Source: an uncultured Nitrospiraceae bacterium (lineage in GTDB: Bacteria; Nitrospirota; Thermodesulfovibrionia; Thermodesulfovibrionales; Dissulfurispiraceae). Taken from it: a stretch of 64,000 nt of DNA. This document shows positions 40,759 through 51,073 of this stretch, piece by piece. Each line of letters starts with the position of its first letter. Within the stretch, counting starts at the first letter, position 1. The stretch is from the NCBI GenBank assembly GCA_963727805.1, contig CAVSHF010000005.1, positions 832,001 through 896,000 on the forward strand. The letters run 5' to 3'. A program made the translations under genes and the position numbers. The notes beneath the pieces were generated by a model that had not been told where the DNA came from, made no database searches, and was given only the letters and a program-made list of their open reading frames with translations.

Positions 40759-42711
40759 TTGACTAACAAAGTCGTGGGAAAGCCTTATCAATCAGAACTA
40801 AACAAGCTACCCGAGACTTATCGTTGGGCAGTGTCACAAAGTATTGCCCCCCTTGTAAAAGCAATAAAGACATCAGCACATCTTCCTCTGATAGCAGTAG
40901 GGTCTGGTGGCTCGCTGTCTGCTGCCGAAGTTATGGTGTCGTGCCATGAACATTATTTTGGTGGTATTGCTCGGTCGGTCACGCCTTTGGAACTCATATC
41001 AGCGCTCCCTGCAAATGGACATGCATCTGTTTGGTTCTTCACCGCAAGCGGAGGGAATATAGACATTCAAAGAGCTTTCGAGCATACTCTGCTATTAGAG
41101 CCGAAGCAGGTATCTGCAATAGTTGGTCGATCTGGAAGTCCTATGGCGAAGCTTCTTGTTGAACATCAATACGCCGATATCTTTGAATTTGATTTGCCTT
41201 CGGGAAGAGATGGCTTCCTTGCTACAAGTTCCTTACTTGCATTCTCCATTTTGATTTGTCGGGGATACAGCGAAGCCCTGCCCGATAGTGATTTGCCGGC
41301 ATCATTTAGAAGTCTTCTGAAAAAGACGCTGCCTTCGAACTTAACATTAAATCAGATCGAGGACGCCAGCCAATCCCTTTGGCGACGGTCAACATTACAT
41401 GTTCTTTACAGCAATGAGCTCAAGGCGGCTGCAATTGATATCGAGTCGAAATTTATTGAAGCGGGCTTATGCTCAGTGCATTTGGCGGACTTCAGGAATT
41501 TTGCTCATGGCCGTCATCATTGGTTGGCTAAACATGAAGATACAAGTGCTATTCTCGCTTTATCAATACCTTCTGATGCTAACTTAGCAACCCAGACTAT
41601 TAAATTGATACCCAACAACATCCCCCGTCTTCACATTCCAGTACAGACAAGAGGCGCCTCGGCATGGCTTACAGGTTTAATTCTTTCATTGTATTTAACT
41701 GGATATGCCGGCAACGCAAGGAAAATTGATCCGGGACGTCCCGGCGTCCCATCTTTTGGGAGCAAGATATATGGTCTTAATACTATCTCTGGTTTTTTGA
41801 GTTCATTCAGCCGCATCGATGCGGCAATTAGACGAAAGGTAAGCACGCATAAAAGTCTTCTTTCTCCACGTCGAAAGAGGCTTTGGGGAAAAGCTTATCA
41901 TTCTTTTGAGAAACGTCTTTTGAACGCTTATTTTGGCGGCATAGTTATGGATTATGACGGCACCGTTGTTGACAGTCGTAATCGCTATGACCCGCCAACT
42001 GTGGAGATGAGTAAGCAAATAGTGCGATTGCTAAGGGAGGGGATTGTCATAGGTTTTGCTACCGGCAGAGGCAAATCTATTCGTAATGACCTTAGAAGCG
42101 TAATCCCTAAGAAATTCTGGGGACAAGTTTTGGTTGGCTATTATAACGGCGCTGAAATATCACTTCTCACTGATGGTAATGTTCCGGATGGATCGTCACC
42201 TCCTTGCGATGATTTGCAGAAATTACTAAATACCCTAGCTGAAAATATCGAAATAGCCTCCTTGGCAAAAGTGGCACCAAGAAAATTTCAACTAACCATT
42301 GAACCAACGAGTATGGTTCCAGAGACTTTTCTTTGGGAATTAGCACGGAGCGAATTGTGCGCAGCTGAAAATATGTCCGAGAATATCTATCGTTCTAGCC
42401 ATTCAATAGATATCTTGGCACGAGGAGTATCAAAGGTTTCTGTTATTGCGGAAGTTAGCAAGAGAATTGGGCGTAACGTCGACGTGCTAACCATAGGTGA
42501 TCGCGGCAAATGGCCAGGCAACGATTCTACTCTACTAACACACATTTATTCATTAAGTGTCGACGAAGTCTCCTTTTCGAAGGATACCTGTTGGAATGTA
42601 TGCCCTGCCGGTGTGCGGGGGCCGCAGGGAACACTTTATTATCTGAGTAACCTCCTGCCAGTCCCAAGATTGCGTTTCAGTGCCGTTAAGTTTTCTGCAA
42701 TGGGAGAGTAA
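40759..42711 (+). CDS. SIS (sugar isomerase)-like plus HAD hydrolase fusion
   Basis: VGSGGS, TASG.N.D and NFAHGRH (SIS-like); DYDGT, ATGRG, SK..GD.G..GND (HAD); start may be GTG 40774. Confidence 0.8.
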   Translation: MTNKVVGKPYQSELNKLPETYRWAVSQSIAPLVKAIKTSAHLPLIAVGSGGSLSAAEVMVSCHEHYFGGIARSVTPLELISALPANGHASVWFFTASGGNIDIQRAFEHTLLLEPKQVSAIVGRSGSPMAKLLVEHQYADIFEFDLPSGRDGFLATSSLLAFSILICRGYSEALPDSDLPASFRSLLKKTLPSNLTLNQIEDASQSLWRRSTLHVLYSNELKAAAIDIESKFIEAGLCSVHLADFRNFAHGRHHWLAKHEDTSAILALSIPSDANLATQTIKLIPNNIPRLHIPVQTRGASAWLTGLILSLYLTGYAGNARKIDPGRPGVPSFGSKIYGLNTISGFLSSFSRIDAAIRRKVSTHKSLLSPRRKRLWGKAYHSFEKRLLNAYFGGIVMDYDGTVVDSRNRYDPPTVEMSKQIVRLLREGIVIGFATGRGKSIRNDLRSVIPKKFWGQVLVGYYNGAEISLLTDGNVPDGSSPPCDDLQKLLNTLAENIEIASLAKVAPRKFQLTIEPTSMVPETFLWELARSELCAAENMSENIYRSSHSIDILARGVSKVSVIAEVSKRIGRNVDVLTIGDRGKWPGNDSTLLTHIYSLSVDEVSFSKDTCWNVCPAGVRGPQGTLYYLSNLLPVPRLRFSAVKFSAMGE

Positions 42712-42713
42712 AT

Positions 42714-43874
42714 GTGAATCATGCACTCGGACTCCGGGTACTTAGTGAAATAATGGGGTGGGATGATAATCAGGCAAGGACAGAGTTCAGGTGGCTATCC
42801 TTTATGTCTCGATACAAATATGATGGGTATGGAGACTATCTCGCAGGAGCACGTTTTATAGAAAGCCTCGCAACGTGGTTGCAACAATTCAATTTTACAG
42901 ATAGAAGTATTGCTTATGAATACATTAAGAATGATTTGATCTATATTAGTCCTGCTGAAATGCAAAGACTTATTGAAAAGTTGTTTCCTGAAGTTGTTCA
43001 GCGTCATTTAGCAAAGACAGTGGCAACTTATCTTAAAATACCGTCGCACAAGGTATGGGCTAGTAAGGAGACCGTTGAAGAATTTGACTGGCAAAAACGA
43101 AAGACTTTATTCATGAGCTTAAGCGATGGTGCAAGAATTGATATTTTCCGAAGGGTAAATGCTTCGACAATTTCTAATGAGCAGATTGTCGCAGCAACCC
43201 AGATAGATAAAACAAAGTGGGGAAGCTTAATAAAGGACTTAAGAGACGATCTGGATAAACTACGTCCCGGGCAGGGCAGGAATGCCACCGTGTCTCGAAT
43301 TTATCTGATAGATGATTTTACGGCATCAGGAACAACCTTGCTTAGGTATGATGAGAAAGAAGCAAATTATAAAGGCAAACTCGATAGATTTTATAATTCA
43401 ATCGATTTTGCTCAGAACGAATTGAAATCTGATTTTGGAGATATTCTTGATAAAAAATGGGAGCTTATTATCCATCATTATATCGGGACCGAACAGGTAA
43501 CTCATGTCATAAAGAAAAGGTATGAAGAATCACTATCCATAAAGGCAACGTGGAATCCAAGAGTCGACTTCACTTTTGGCATGATTCTCGCCCAAAATAC
43601 AGCATTGGACAAGCAGTCTAATCACCCATTCGTTGAACTATGTAAAAAATATTATGATCCTTCACTCGAAGGCAAGGGCTTGCACGCTGGTGCGAGCGGT
43701 AATCCTGACCTGACTTTTGGCTATGGTCAATGTGCGCTACCTCTCGTTCTCGAACACAATACGCCTAACAATTCACTACCTTTAATGTGGGCTGAGACCA
43801 GAGGGGCAAACGGACGACATGCTATGCGACCACTTTTTCGGCGAAGACAGAGATACAGTGATTTAGCCGAGTGA
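42714..43874 (+). CDS. Phosphoribosyltransferase-like conflict effector (PRTase-CE type)
   Basis: IYLIDDFTASGTT PRPP-binding loop; GYG..L..HNTPNNSLP..W..PLF.R. Confidence 0.78.
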   Translation: MNHALGLRVLSEIMGWDDNQARTEFRWLSFMSRYKYDGYGDYLAGARFIESLATWLQQFNFTDRSIAYEYIKNDLIYISPAEMQRLIEKLFPEVVQRHLAKTVATYLKIPSHKVWASKETVEEFDWQKRKTLFMSLSDGARIDIFRRVNASTISNEQIVAATQIDKTKWGSLIKDLRDDLDKLRPGQGRNATVSRIYLIDDFTASGTTLLRYDEKEANYKGKLDRFYNSIDFAQNELKSDFGDILDKKWELIIHHYIGTEQVTHVIKKRYEESLSIKATWNPRVDFTFGMILAQNTALDKQSNHPFVELCKKYYDPSLEGKGLHAGASGNPDLTFGYGQCALPLVLEHNTPNNSLPLMWAETRGANGRHAMRPLFRRRQRYSDLAE

Positions 43875-43880
43875 CAGAAT

Positions 43881-45821
43881 ATGGCAAATCCATTTGAAAA
43901 GAGGGCTACTGAGTATCTGCGTGATGACGCAGCGTTTCTTTCGGTAATCACACCGGAACCTTTGCACACTTTCTTTGAGCGTCATGCCAAAGCTGGAACT
44001 CTTTACGACAGGCTTTGCATGGTTATTGGAACCCCGGGTAGCGGCAAGACAACCATTGCCACTCTGCTTCAGTTGCGGACAGTTGAGACTTTACTGAATA
44101 GTTCAAACATAGAAGAATATAAAGTTCTATTACATGCATTAACAAGATGTGGCGTTGTAAGAGAAAAGAAAATTGAAATTGTTGGATGTCGGCTACCCCT
44201 TGAGTCAGAATATCGAGAATTCTGGGAACTCCCATACAAGGAAGATATCAAGATTGGATTGGTAAAGTCCTTTATTCAATCGAGAGCAATTATTTCTTGG
44301 ATGAAAAACCTAGAAGCAAACGGACGTTATAAGCTGGATAACATAAATATAGTGTATCGGGATGGGACTGAAGCTGCGTCTGAGGCAGTTGGGGGTGTTA
44401 CCGCCTCTAATGTCTTTAGCAAAGCGAAAATAGTTGAACGGTCAATATACGAAATAGGTGCCGCTCTCATCCCGCCAAGTGAGAGTTCCCTGAAGAATGA
44501 AGTTATAGCTCCATACCATCCTTTTGATATTATCAATTACTTTTTAATCGATGAATCCGCAACAGGGACGCAAAGAAAGCTAAAACCATTAGTGATGCTA
44601 GACGATGCACACACGCTTCATCCAAAACAACTTTTGGAGGTACAAAATTGGTTGGCTAGAAGGGAGATGACAATTGGACGTTGGCTATTGATGCGGCTAG
44701 ATGCGCAAACGCCTAAGGAGATTATTGATAGCTTCGGGACAGATGCTGACGTCGAGGGAGAATCAAGGATCAACAAGAGTCGCGAAATAACGCATATCTG
44801 GCTTCAAAGTGGTGTGGGACGGCGGAGGCAGCGGGAAGATTTCCGAAAAATGGCCAGGAGTATGGCAGATAAGTATTTACGGTTAATGCCCCTCTTTACT
44901 CGCCAAGGGATTTCTCGTTTCTCGGATATCCTGGGTATTAATGTAAAAGAAATATCTGATACTAAGATGAAAGATCTTGAAAAGCAAGTGAGCAAACTTC
45001 AGAAACAAAAGGGGATAAGTAATCCGCGAAGAGGAAGTTTAGAAGGTGATATCGACAGATATTTCGATAATTCTGATACAGCTGATAAGGGACAAGATGT
45101 CCGTTTAGCGATGCTTCATATAATGTTTCATCGCTATGCCAACAGGGTTCCACAAAAGAGCCTGTTTAATATAGGCGAAGAGGATTATGGACCGGACCCA
45201 TCTAAGCCACTAAAGGTAACATCTGCACTTGCCGACGGTGCAAGAATATTCTTACTGCATAAGTATAGTCGACCCTATTATTACGGTATAGATACTTTAT
45301 GCGATGGAAGTTCCGAAAATGCTGAATTGTTTCTGCAATTAGCAGGCAGATTAGTGGAAGCGGCTGAAGCTCGCATCATAAAATCGCCGAATGAGAATGC
45401 AGCACTGGCTCCTCAATATCAGCATCAATTGCTCACTGAACGTGCAAGAGAGATTGTTGACGACTGGTCTTTTCCAGCTTTTAACGAGGTCAAAGCCCTT
45501 TGCGCTCACATGGCGAAGCAGTGTGTAGAAAAATCTCTTGAACCTAATGCTCCTTTAGACGGGGGGGCAATAGCATTTGGAATATTGCAAGATGAGTTTG
45601 ACGAAATTGCGACAAATCATCCCGAGCTGGCAAAAGTCATTAAGTTTGGCGTGGCATATAACGCAATATCGTTAAGACATAGATATTTGGCGAAGAACAA
45701 GGAATGGTGTTTAATCGAACTAACAGGGCCTGTTCAAATTGTATATGGGTTAACTTTGAACAGAGGCGGCTTTTTAGAAAGACGCGTCCCAGATTTATTG
45801 AAGGCACTGGAGAAGAAATAG
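43881..45821 (+). CDS. ORC/CDC6-like (STAND-related) P-loop ATPase
   Basis: N-terminal NPF..RA.E, Walker A GTPGSGKT, Walker B VMLDD, YYYG..S.N. Confidence 0.75.
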   Translation: MANPFEKRATEYLRDDAAFLSVITPEPLHTFFERHAKAGTLYDRLCMVIGTPGSGKTTIATLLQLRTVETLLNSSNIEEYKVLLHALTRCGVVREKKIEIVGCRLPLESEYREFWELPYKEDIKIGLVKSFIQSRAIISWMKNLEANGRYKLDNINIVYRDGTEAASEAVGGVTASNVFSKAKIVERSIYEIGAALIPPSESSLKNEVIAPYHPFDIINYFLIDESATGTQRKLKPLVMLDDAHTLHPKQLLEVQNWLARREMTIGRWLLMRLDAQTPKEIIDSFGTDADVEGESRINKSREITHIWLQSGVGRRRQREDFRKMARSMADKYLRLMPLFTRQGISRFSDILGINVKEISDTKMKDLEKQVSKLQKQKGISNPRRGSLEGDIDRYFDNSDTADKGQDVRLAMLHIMFHRYANRVPQKSLFNIGEEDYGPDPSKPLKVTSALADGARIFLLHKYSRPYYYGIDTLCDGSSENAELFLQLAGRLVEAAEARIIKSPNENAALAPQYQHQLLTERAREIVDDWSFPAFNEVKALCAHMAKQCVEKSLEPNAPLDGGAIAFGILQDEFDEIATNHPELAKVIKFGVAYNAISLRHRYLAKNKEWCLIELTGPVQIVYGLTLNRGGFLERRVPDLLKALEKK

Positions 45822-45823
45822 CC

Positions 45824-46921
45824 ATGGCCATTCCGTCTTGGCATAAGTCTATTGACCATTATGATAAAGATGTTAGCATTTTCTATGTACTTCACTTCTC
45901 GGAAGCACATAGAAAATGCCTGCTTATTGCAGGAGCCGGGTTCGACCCAAGGACAACTGTCCTCGCAAGAGAACTTTCGGCTACGCTAGGAAATCGATTG
46001 GAAGCCCTGTTTATAAGGGAAGAGCGTCCAAACCCAGATACTACACTTGTTGAGCGGGCTGAAAGAAACTTAAGTTCCCTTCAGCAGATGTGCCCAATTA
46101 ATCGGGTTCTCAGCATTGCTGTATTTTCTGATGATAATGCTGTTGTTGGAGGCATTAATGCAGTTTCTAACATAGTGAACGTCGACTTGGCATCCTATAC
46201 AGATATAATTATAGATTTCAGTGCGCTATCGATAGGCATCAGTTTTCCGGTGGTCAAGTATATTTACGATAGCCTTCGGAAGGATGGAACCAATACCAAT
46301 ATTCATTTGGCGGCTGTTTCCAATCCCGAATTGGATTCATTAATATCGTCTGTTCCAAATGATCGAGTAACAGAGGTGCGTGGATTCTCTCGAATTGATA
46401 AACTTTATGGAGAGGTCGAAAAAGCAAAACTTTGGCTTCCTCAATTGTCAGGAGGCAGGCACGAGACTCTAAGAATAATATTTGATGATGTTAAGCCTCA
46501 CGACTGCTGCCCAATTTTACCTTTCCCTTCCGATGACGCAAAGAAAGGCGATAACTTGGCGGCCAACTTTATATCAGAACTGGAAAATGAATGGAATGTT
46601 GATACAAGGAATTTTGTGTATGCTGATGAACGAAATCCGTTAGATATCTACAGAACGATTTTACGGATAGATGAGGAACGCAAGCCAGTTTTTGAAAGTT
46701 TCGGAGGTTCCGTTATAATTCTGTCGCCTCTCGGCAGCAAAATGCTTGCTATGGGAGCACTGATTGCTGCTTTAGAAAAACATTTTCCAGTGGTTTACGT
46801 TGAAGCTTTGGAGTATAATGTGGATTGGCATCGCGTAGATGCTATAACTGGAAATGCCTCAATGTCAGCTCACATTTGGTTATATGGTGAAGCCTATTTA
46901 AGAGATATTCGTAATGCCTAA
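45824..46921 (+). CDS. Hypothetical protein in the operon (alpha/beta, possibly CARF-like)
   Basis: ATG 2 bp after the ATPase stop; GFDPR, IIIDFSALS and LSPLGSK motifs. Confidence 0.7.
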   Translation: MAIPSWHKSIDHYDKDVSIFYVLHFSEAHRKCLLIAGAGFDPRTTVLARELSATLGNRLEALFIREERPNPDTTLVERAERNLSSLQQMCPINRVLSIAVFSDDNAVVGGINAVSNIVNVDLASYTDIIIDFSALSIGISFPVVKYIYDSLRKDGTNTNIHLAAVSNPELDSLISSVPNDRVTEVRGFSRIDKLYGEVEKAKLWLPQLSGGRHETLRIIFDDVKPHDCCPILPFPSDDAKKGDNLAANFISELENEWNVDTRNFVYADERNPLDIYRTILRIDEERKPVFESFGGSVIILSPLGSKMLAMGALIAALEKHFPVVYVEALEYNVDWHRVDAITGNASMSAHIWLYGEAYLRDIRNA

Positions 46922-47990
46922 AGATATGAGAAACATTTCCCATAAAAATAAACCGAGAGTGTTTGGCACAGGGCTCTTTGCTCTGGATGTCGTTCTTAGT
47001 GCAGATCCAGCGGAGCCTATTTATTGTTGGGCCGGCGGCACCTGTGGCAATGTTTTGATAATATTGAGTTATCTGGGCTGGAGAGCATCTCCCATCGCAC
47101 GGCTTAACGGGGATCCCTCATCGATACGTGTAAAAGACGATATGTCTCGATGGGATGTGAGCCTTGCTTTTGCTAAGCAGTCTCCGACTGCTACTACACC
47201 TATTATTGCTCAGCAAAACTATCGTGATAAAGGCGGAGATGCGACCCATAAATTTGCTTTTACCTGTCCGATGTGTGGTGCGTCATTACCTTTTTACAAG
47301 GCAGTTCCAAATATTGCAGCGAAGCGCATTGCTGAGCAAATAGAGAATCCTCACGTATTCTTTTTCGATAGAGTATCGGTTAGTGCGCTAACCTTAGCGA
47401 AAAGGTGTAAAGAACTCGGAGCGGTTATTTTCTTTGAACCATCTGCTAAAGGTGACCCCAAGCAATTCTCGGAGGCGGTACAGTTGGCTCATGTCATTAA
47501 GTACTCGCAAGAACGTTTTAGTTTTTTTGTTGACGAGTATAAATCGGCTGGAGAATTGCCCTTCATAGAGATTCAAACGATGGGACGGGAAGGATTAATA
47601 TTTCGTTCAAGTCTGCCTAATGCGAAATCAGAGGAATGGACAAAGCTACCGGCAACGGCTGTAGAACAGGTCGAAGATACGTGTGGTTGCGGTGACTGGA
47701 CCACTGCTGGCCTTATATCGAAATTGTGTGATGTTGAAGGAGTAGAAGGGCTTAAAACAAAGTCTTTGAAAGATATTATGCGTGCTTTGAATTTTGGACA
47801 GGCTCTAGCTTCTTGGAATTGCAGGTTTGTGGGAGCTCGGGGCGGAATGTATCGAGTTGACAGGAGAAGATTTGAAAGAGAAATATCGGAAATTACCAAT
47901 GAGAGTGTCCAAATGACAAGAACGCATACGAAGAAATTATACGATGAGACACCAATGAGAATGATTTGTCCATCCTGCTGCGGAACCTAA
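46914..47990 (+). CDS. PfkB/ribokinase-family carbohydrate kinase with CxxC motifs
   Basis: GGTCGN and DTCGCGDWTTAG; CPMC and CPSC. Confidence 0.85.
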   Translation: MPKDMRNISHKNKPRVFGTGLFALDVVLSADPAEPIYCWAGGTCGNVLIILSYLGWRASPIARLNGDPSSIRVKDDMSRWDVSLAFAKQSPTATTPIIAQQNYRDKGGDATHKFAFTCPMCGASLPFYKAVPNIAAKRIAEQIENPHVFFFDRVSVSALTLAKRCKELGAVIFFEPSAKGDPKQFSEAVQLAHVIKYSQERFSFFVDEYKSAGELPFIEIQTMGREGLIFRSSLPNAKSEEWTKLPATAVEQVEDTCGCGDWTTAGLISKLCDVEGVEGLKTKSLKDIMRALNFGQALASWNCRFVGARGGMYRVDRRRFEREISEITNESVQMTRTHTKKLYDETPMRMICPSCCGT

Positions 47991-48021
47991 TTAAGTGAAA
48001 GGCCCGCAACATTTTAAGATT

Positions 48022-49077
48022 TCAATACCCAATTTCAGCAAGATCGCGAATCGGATTTATTTGTCCTTCCAGATAGTTTCTGAGGACATCCTCTTTTTGT
48101 TCAGTATAGTCTTTCAATATTGAATAAGATGTGATATCTACTGCCTTATAGAACATATCATAGTTACCACTAAGACTGGTTGTCCAAGGGGCGGGATAGG
48201 ACATTTTCGTGTAGATTTCCGAAGATAAAATTGATGCCAGCCATTTACACTGAAAATTATCTTTACCTTTATTCAAGATGTAATCAATATTAAGATCCTC
48301 AGAAAGCTTTCGAGACTTCTTCTTATCGGGCTTTGTCAGGATGACATTGAGAGATTCTATTCCTAGCTCTGCTAATTTCCTGCAAAGGGAAACTAAGCCT
48401 TCATTGAAACCAAAATGAGGATATCCTACGAAATGTTTACCATAAGAGGGACTTTTTTGTTTGACATCGCAAGCATACAATTTATCCTTGTGCTCAATAA
48501 AAAAGTCCACATCATATCTGAATCGGAATAGTTCAGCAAATAATCTGCTTAAAGCGATCTCTTTAATAAGATTAATCTTGGTACGGTTATACTGGATTAA
48601 GACCCTAACAAGCTTCTCCCATCTTTTATTATCTTCCTTTTCTTCCACTGGGGCTTTTTCTTTCCACCATCCACCAGTCAGTTTCTTTTTATTCTTAAGC
48701 CAACGATTATTGATTTCGGGAATATCAGATTGCGATATGGTCAAACAATCAAAGGACTTTTCTGCTTCATTGAAAGAAACTAAAAACACCCTAACTTGTC
48801 TGTTCAGAAAATGCACAAATAGTTTTATATCTAAATCTGTTACTAAGTTATCAGGATTTGATAGCTTATATGCCTCCCCGACACATTGATCCGGAAACCA
48901 CCAATTAGATGAATAAGACAAAGAAGAATCCGATAAAATATCCTTTGCGAATGCCCTTTCAATCAATATTCCTTCTATTCTCTCTACTTTGTTATGTCTG
49001 AATGTGCCAATCAATTTGTTCACATCGTTAAAGTCAATGGATTCAAGAAGCACGTCTTGATTTAACCACTTTGTCAT
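48022..49077 (-). CDS. Putative PD-(D/E)XK-fold nuclease
   Basis: YDVDFF..ACDVKQK..FGFN; similar to the C-terminal part of 51845-53341. Confidence 0.55.
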   Translation of the reverse strand: MTKWLNQDVLLESIDFNDVNKLIGTFRHNKVERIEGILIERAFAKDILSDSSLSYSSNWWFPDQCVGEAYKLSNPDNLVTDLDIKLFVHFLNRQVRVFLVSFNEAEKSFDCLTISQSDIPEINNRWLKNKKKLTGGWWKEKAPVEEKEDNKRWEKLVRVLIQYNRTKINLIKEIALSRLFAELFRFRYDVDFFIEHKDKLYACDVKQKSPSYGKHFVGYPHFGFNEGLVSLCRKLAELGIESLNVILTKPDKKKSRKLSEDLNIDYILNKGKDNFQCKWLASILSSEIYTKMSYPAPWTTSLSGNYDMFYKAVDITSYSILKDYTEQKEDVLRNYLEGQINPIRDLAEIGY

Positions 49078-49395
49078 TATTACCTCCTTCTACCACCAAG
49101 ACATTAGCGGATCACAGTCACGGCTATTCTCATCAGCTTATTTCGTGCGAATATATATTAATCTCTATACACGCACTTCTGAACCTAATTCCATCATAGC
49201 AGTAGCGTATATAATTGGCGAAACTTTTTGTATAGGATATATTCTCATGCATATCACAATTATTAATTGTCCATTGTATCACACCAAGACTGGAAGATAA
49301 ATTATGATGAATACGCCCGTGGCACACGAAATCACAATAAGTGATGAAGATGATTCAGGTTATGAGACAAAATTTTCCGGAGTTCATAATAAATC

Positions 49396-49445
49396 TTGAC
49401 AAAGTGCGATCATCTGGGTAAAATCTGGTATAAATAATACCCAGA
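49396..49445 (+). promoter_or_regulatory. R-M operon promoter with overlapping inverted repeat
   Basis: TTGACA(49396)-17 bp-TAAAAT; TCTGGGTA (49413) ... TACCCAGA (49438). Confidence 0.65.
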
Positions 49446-49452
49446 GGTAATA

Positions 49453-50613
49453 ATGCCGCAAATTCACATTAAGTTGGACAAGGCGACACACGAAAGATTG
49501 AGCAAAAAAGCTCGAGAGTTCAACTTTAGCATCCAGGAATTCGCCGAAAGGGCCCTGTCGCTGGCGGTTGACAACCCGCTTGAAACCATTTTCTCCTCCA
49601 AAAATAATGAAGACAGTAATTCAGAGACTTTGTTTACATTTATCGACCTGTTTGCCGGGATTGGAGGGATACGCTTGGCACTGGAACAGAATAAAGGGAA
49701 ATGTATTTTTTCTTCAGAATGGGACAGGTGGTCACAAAAGACATACTTTGACAACTTCGGAGAAATGCCTGCAGGAGACATTAATGAAGTTCGGTTGAAG
49801 GAGATTCCCGATCATGACATCCTATCAGCTGGATTTCCTTGCCAGCCCTTCTCTATAGCTGGAGTCTCCAAGAAAAAAAGTCTCGGGAAAGAACACGGCT
49901 TCAAGGATAAAACTCAAGGGACACTTTTTTTCAAAGTCGCCGAAATTATCGAGGCCAAGCGACCCAAGGCGTTCCTGCTCGAAAATGTTAAACACCTGAG
50001 AAATCACGACAGGGGGCAGACCTTCGCAATCATCGAGGGTACTCTCCGGGAACTCGGATATACTATTGTCCATGATATAGTCAACGCTGCTCACTATGTC
50101 CCGCAGCACAGGGAAAGGCTTTTTATTGTAGGCTTCAATAGGGATATTTACGGCGAAAAAGTGGACTTTAATTTCCCAGAAATACCCAACGCAAACCCAC
50201 ACCTTGGCTCTATTCTTGAAAAGAGGGTAGATGCCAAATATACGCTGTCGGATAAGCTGTGGAAATATCTTCAGGACTACGCTGAAAAACACCGCCGGAA
50301 AGGAAACGGCTTTGGTTATGGGCTGTTCGGCTCGAAAGATGTGGCACGCACGCTAAGTGCCAGATACCATAAGGACGGGTCAGAAATTCTTATAAAGAAC
50401 GGGAATTTAAATCCACGCAGGCTCACACCGCATGAATGTGCCAGACTCATGGGATTCCCTCACAACTTCAAGATAATGGTATCCGATACGCAGGCATACC
50501 GGCAGTTCGGAAATTCCGTAGTTGTTCCGGTCGTTGCTGCCGTTGCCTCGGAGCTGGTCAAAGCCGCTGGGCTGGGTGCGGCGTCAACCCGACAGTCCGT
50601 ACGGAATGGCTGA
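49453..50613 (+). CDS. dcm: C5-cytosine DNA methyltransferase (Dcm/M.EcoRII-like) with N-terminal RHH-like extension
   Basis: FIDLFAGIGG, GFPCQPFS, ENV, PQHRER, TLSARYHKDGSEILI and QFGNSV. Confidence 0.92.
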   Translation: MPQIHIKLDKATHERLSKKAREFNFSIQEFAERALSLAVDNPLETIFSSKNNEDSNSETLFTFIDLFAGIGGIRLALEQNKGKCIFSSEWDRWSQKTYFDNFGEMPAGDINEVRLKEIPDHDILSAGFPCQPFSIAGVSKKKSLGKEHGFKDKTQGTLFFKVAEIIEAKRPKAFLLENVKHLRNHDRGQTFAIIEGTLRELGYTIVHDIVNAAHYVPQHRERLFIVGFNRDIYGEKVDFNFPEIPNANPHLGSILEKRVDAKYTLSDKLWKYLQDYAEKHRRKGNGFGYGLFGSKDVARTLSARYHKDGSEILIKNGNLNPRRLTPHECARLMGFPHNFKIMVSDTQAYRQFGNSVVVPVVAAVASELVKAAGLGAASTRQSVRNG

Positions 50614-51067
50614 TATTGTCGACACTGCTACCAGAAGCAGGATGATGGCTGGGATCAGAAGCAAGGACACCGGTCCCGAACTTGAAATAAGGAAAAAACT
50701 TTTCGCAAAGAGATTTCGCTACCGCCTTCATGACAGGAGGCTGCCCGGGAAACCGGACATAGTACTCCCCAGATACGGGGCGGTTATCTTCTTCCACGGA
50801 TGTTTCTGGCATGCCCACGATTGTCATCTATTCAGATTGCCTTCTTCCCGCGTTGCTTTCTGGGAGAAGAAACTGCTTCGGAATGCAGAAAAGGACAGGG
50901 AAAGCCGTGACGAACTGAAAGAACTTGGCTGGCGTATCATGACCATATGGGAATGTTCTTTCAGGGGTCCCGGGAAAAAAAGGGATAAAGAGATTGATGC
51001 AATTATCGCAACGGCTGTACAATGGCTGCAATCGGGGAAGAACGATGATATTGAAGTCAGGGGATAA
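50606..51067 (+). CDS. vsr: Very short patch repair endonuclease
   Basis: MADIVD..RSRMM..I.SKDT.PE, LPGKPD, FHGCFWHAHDC and WEC; overlaps the MTase stop. Confidence 0.93.
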   Translation: MADIVDTATRSRMMAGIRSKDTGPELEIRKKLFAKRFRYRLHDRRLPGKPDIVLPRYGAVIFFHGCFWHAHDCHLFRLPSSRVAFWEKKLLRNAEKDRESRDELKELGWRIMTIWECSFRGPGKKRDKEIDAIIATAVQWLQSGKNDDIEVRG

Positions 51068-51073
51068 ACAGAG

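Noticed and set aside
45704..45823. N-terminal extension of the 405-aa ORF
   Set aside because: It overlaps the ATPase in another frame; ATG 45824, 2 bp after the ATPase stop, is the more plausible start.
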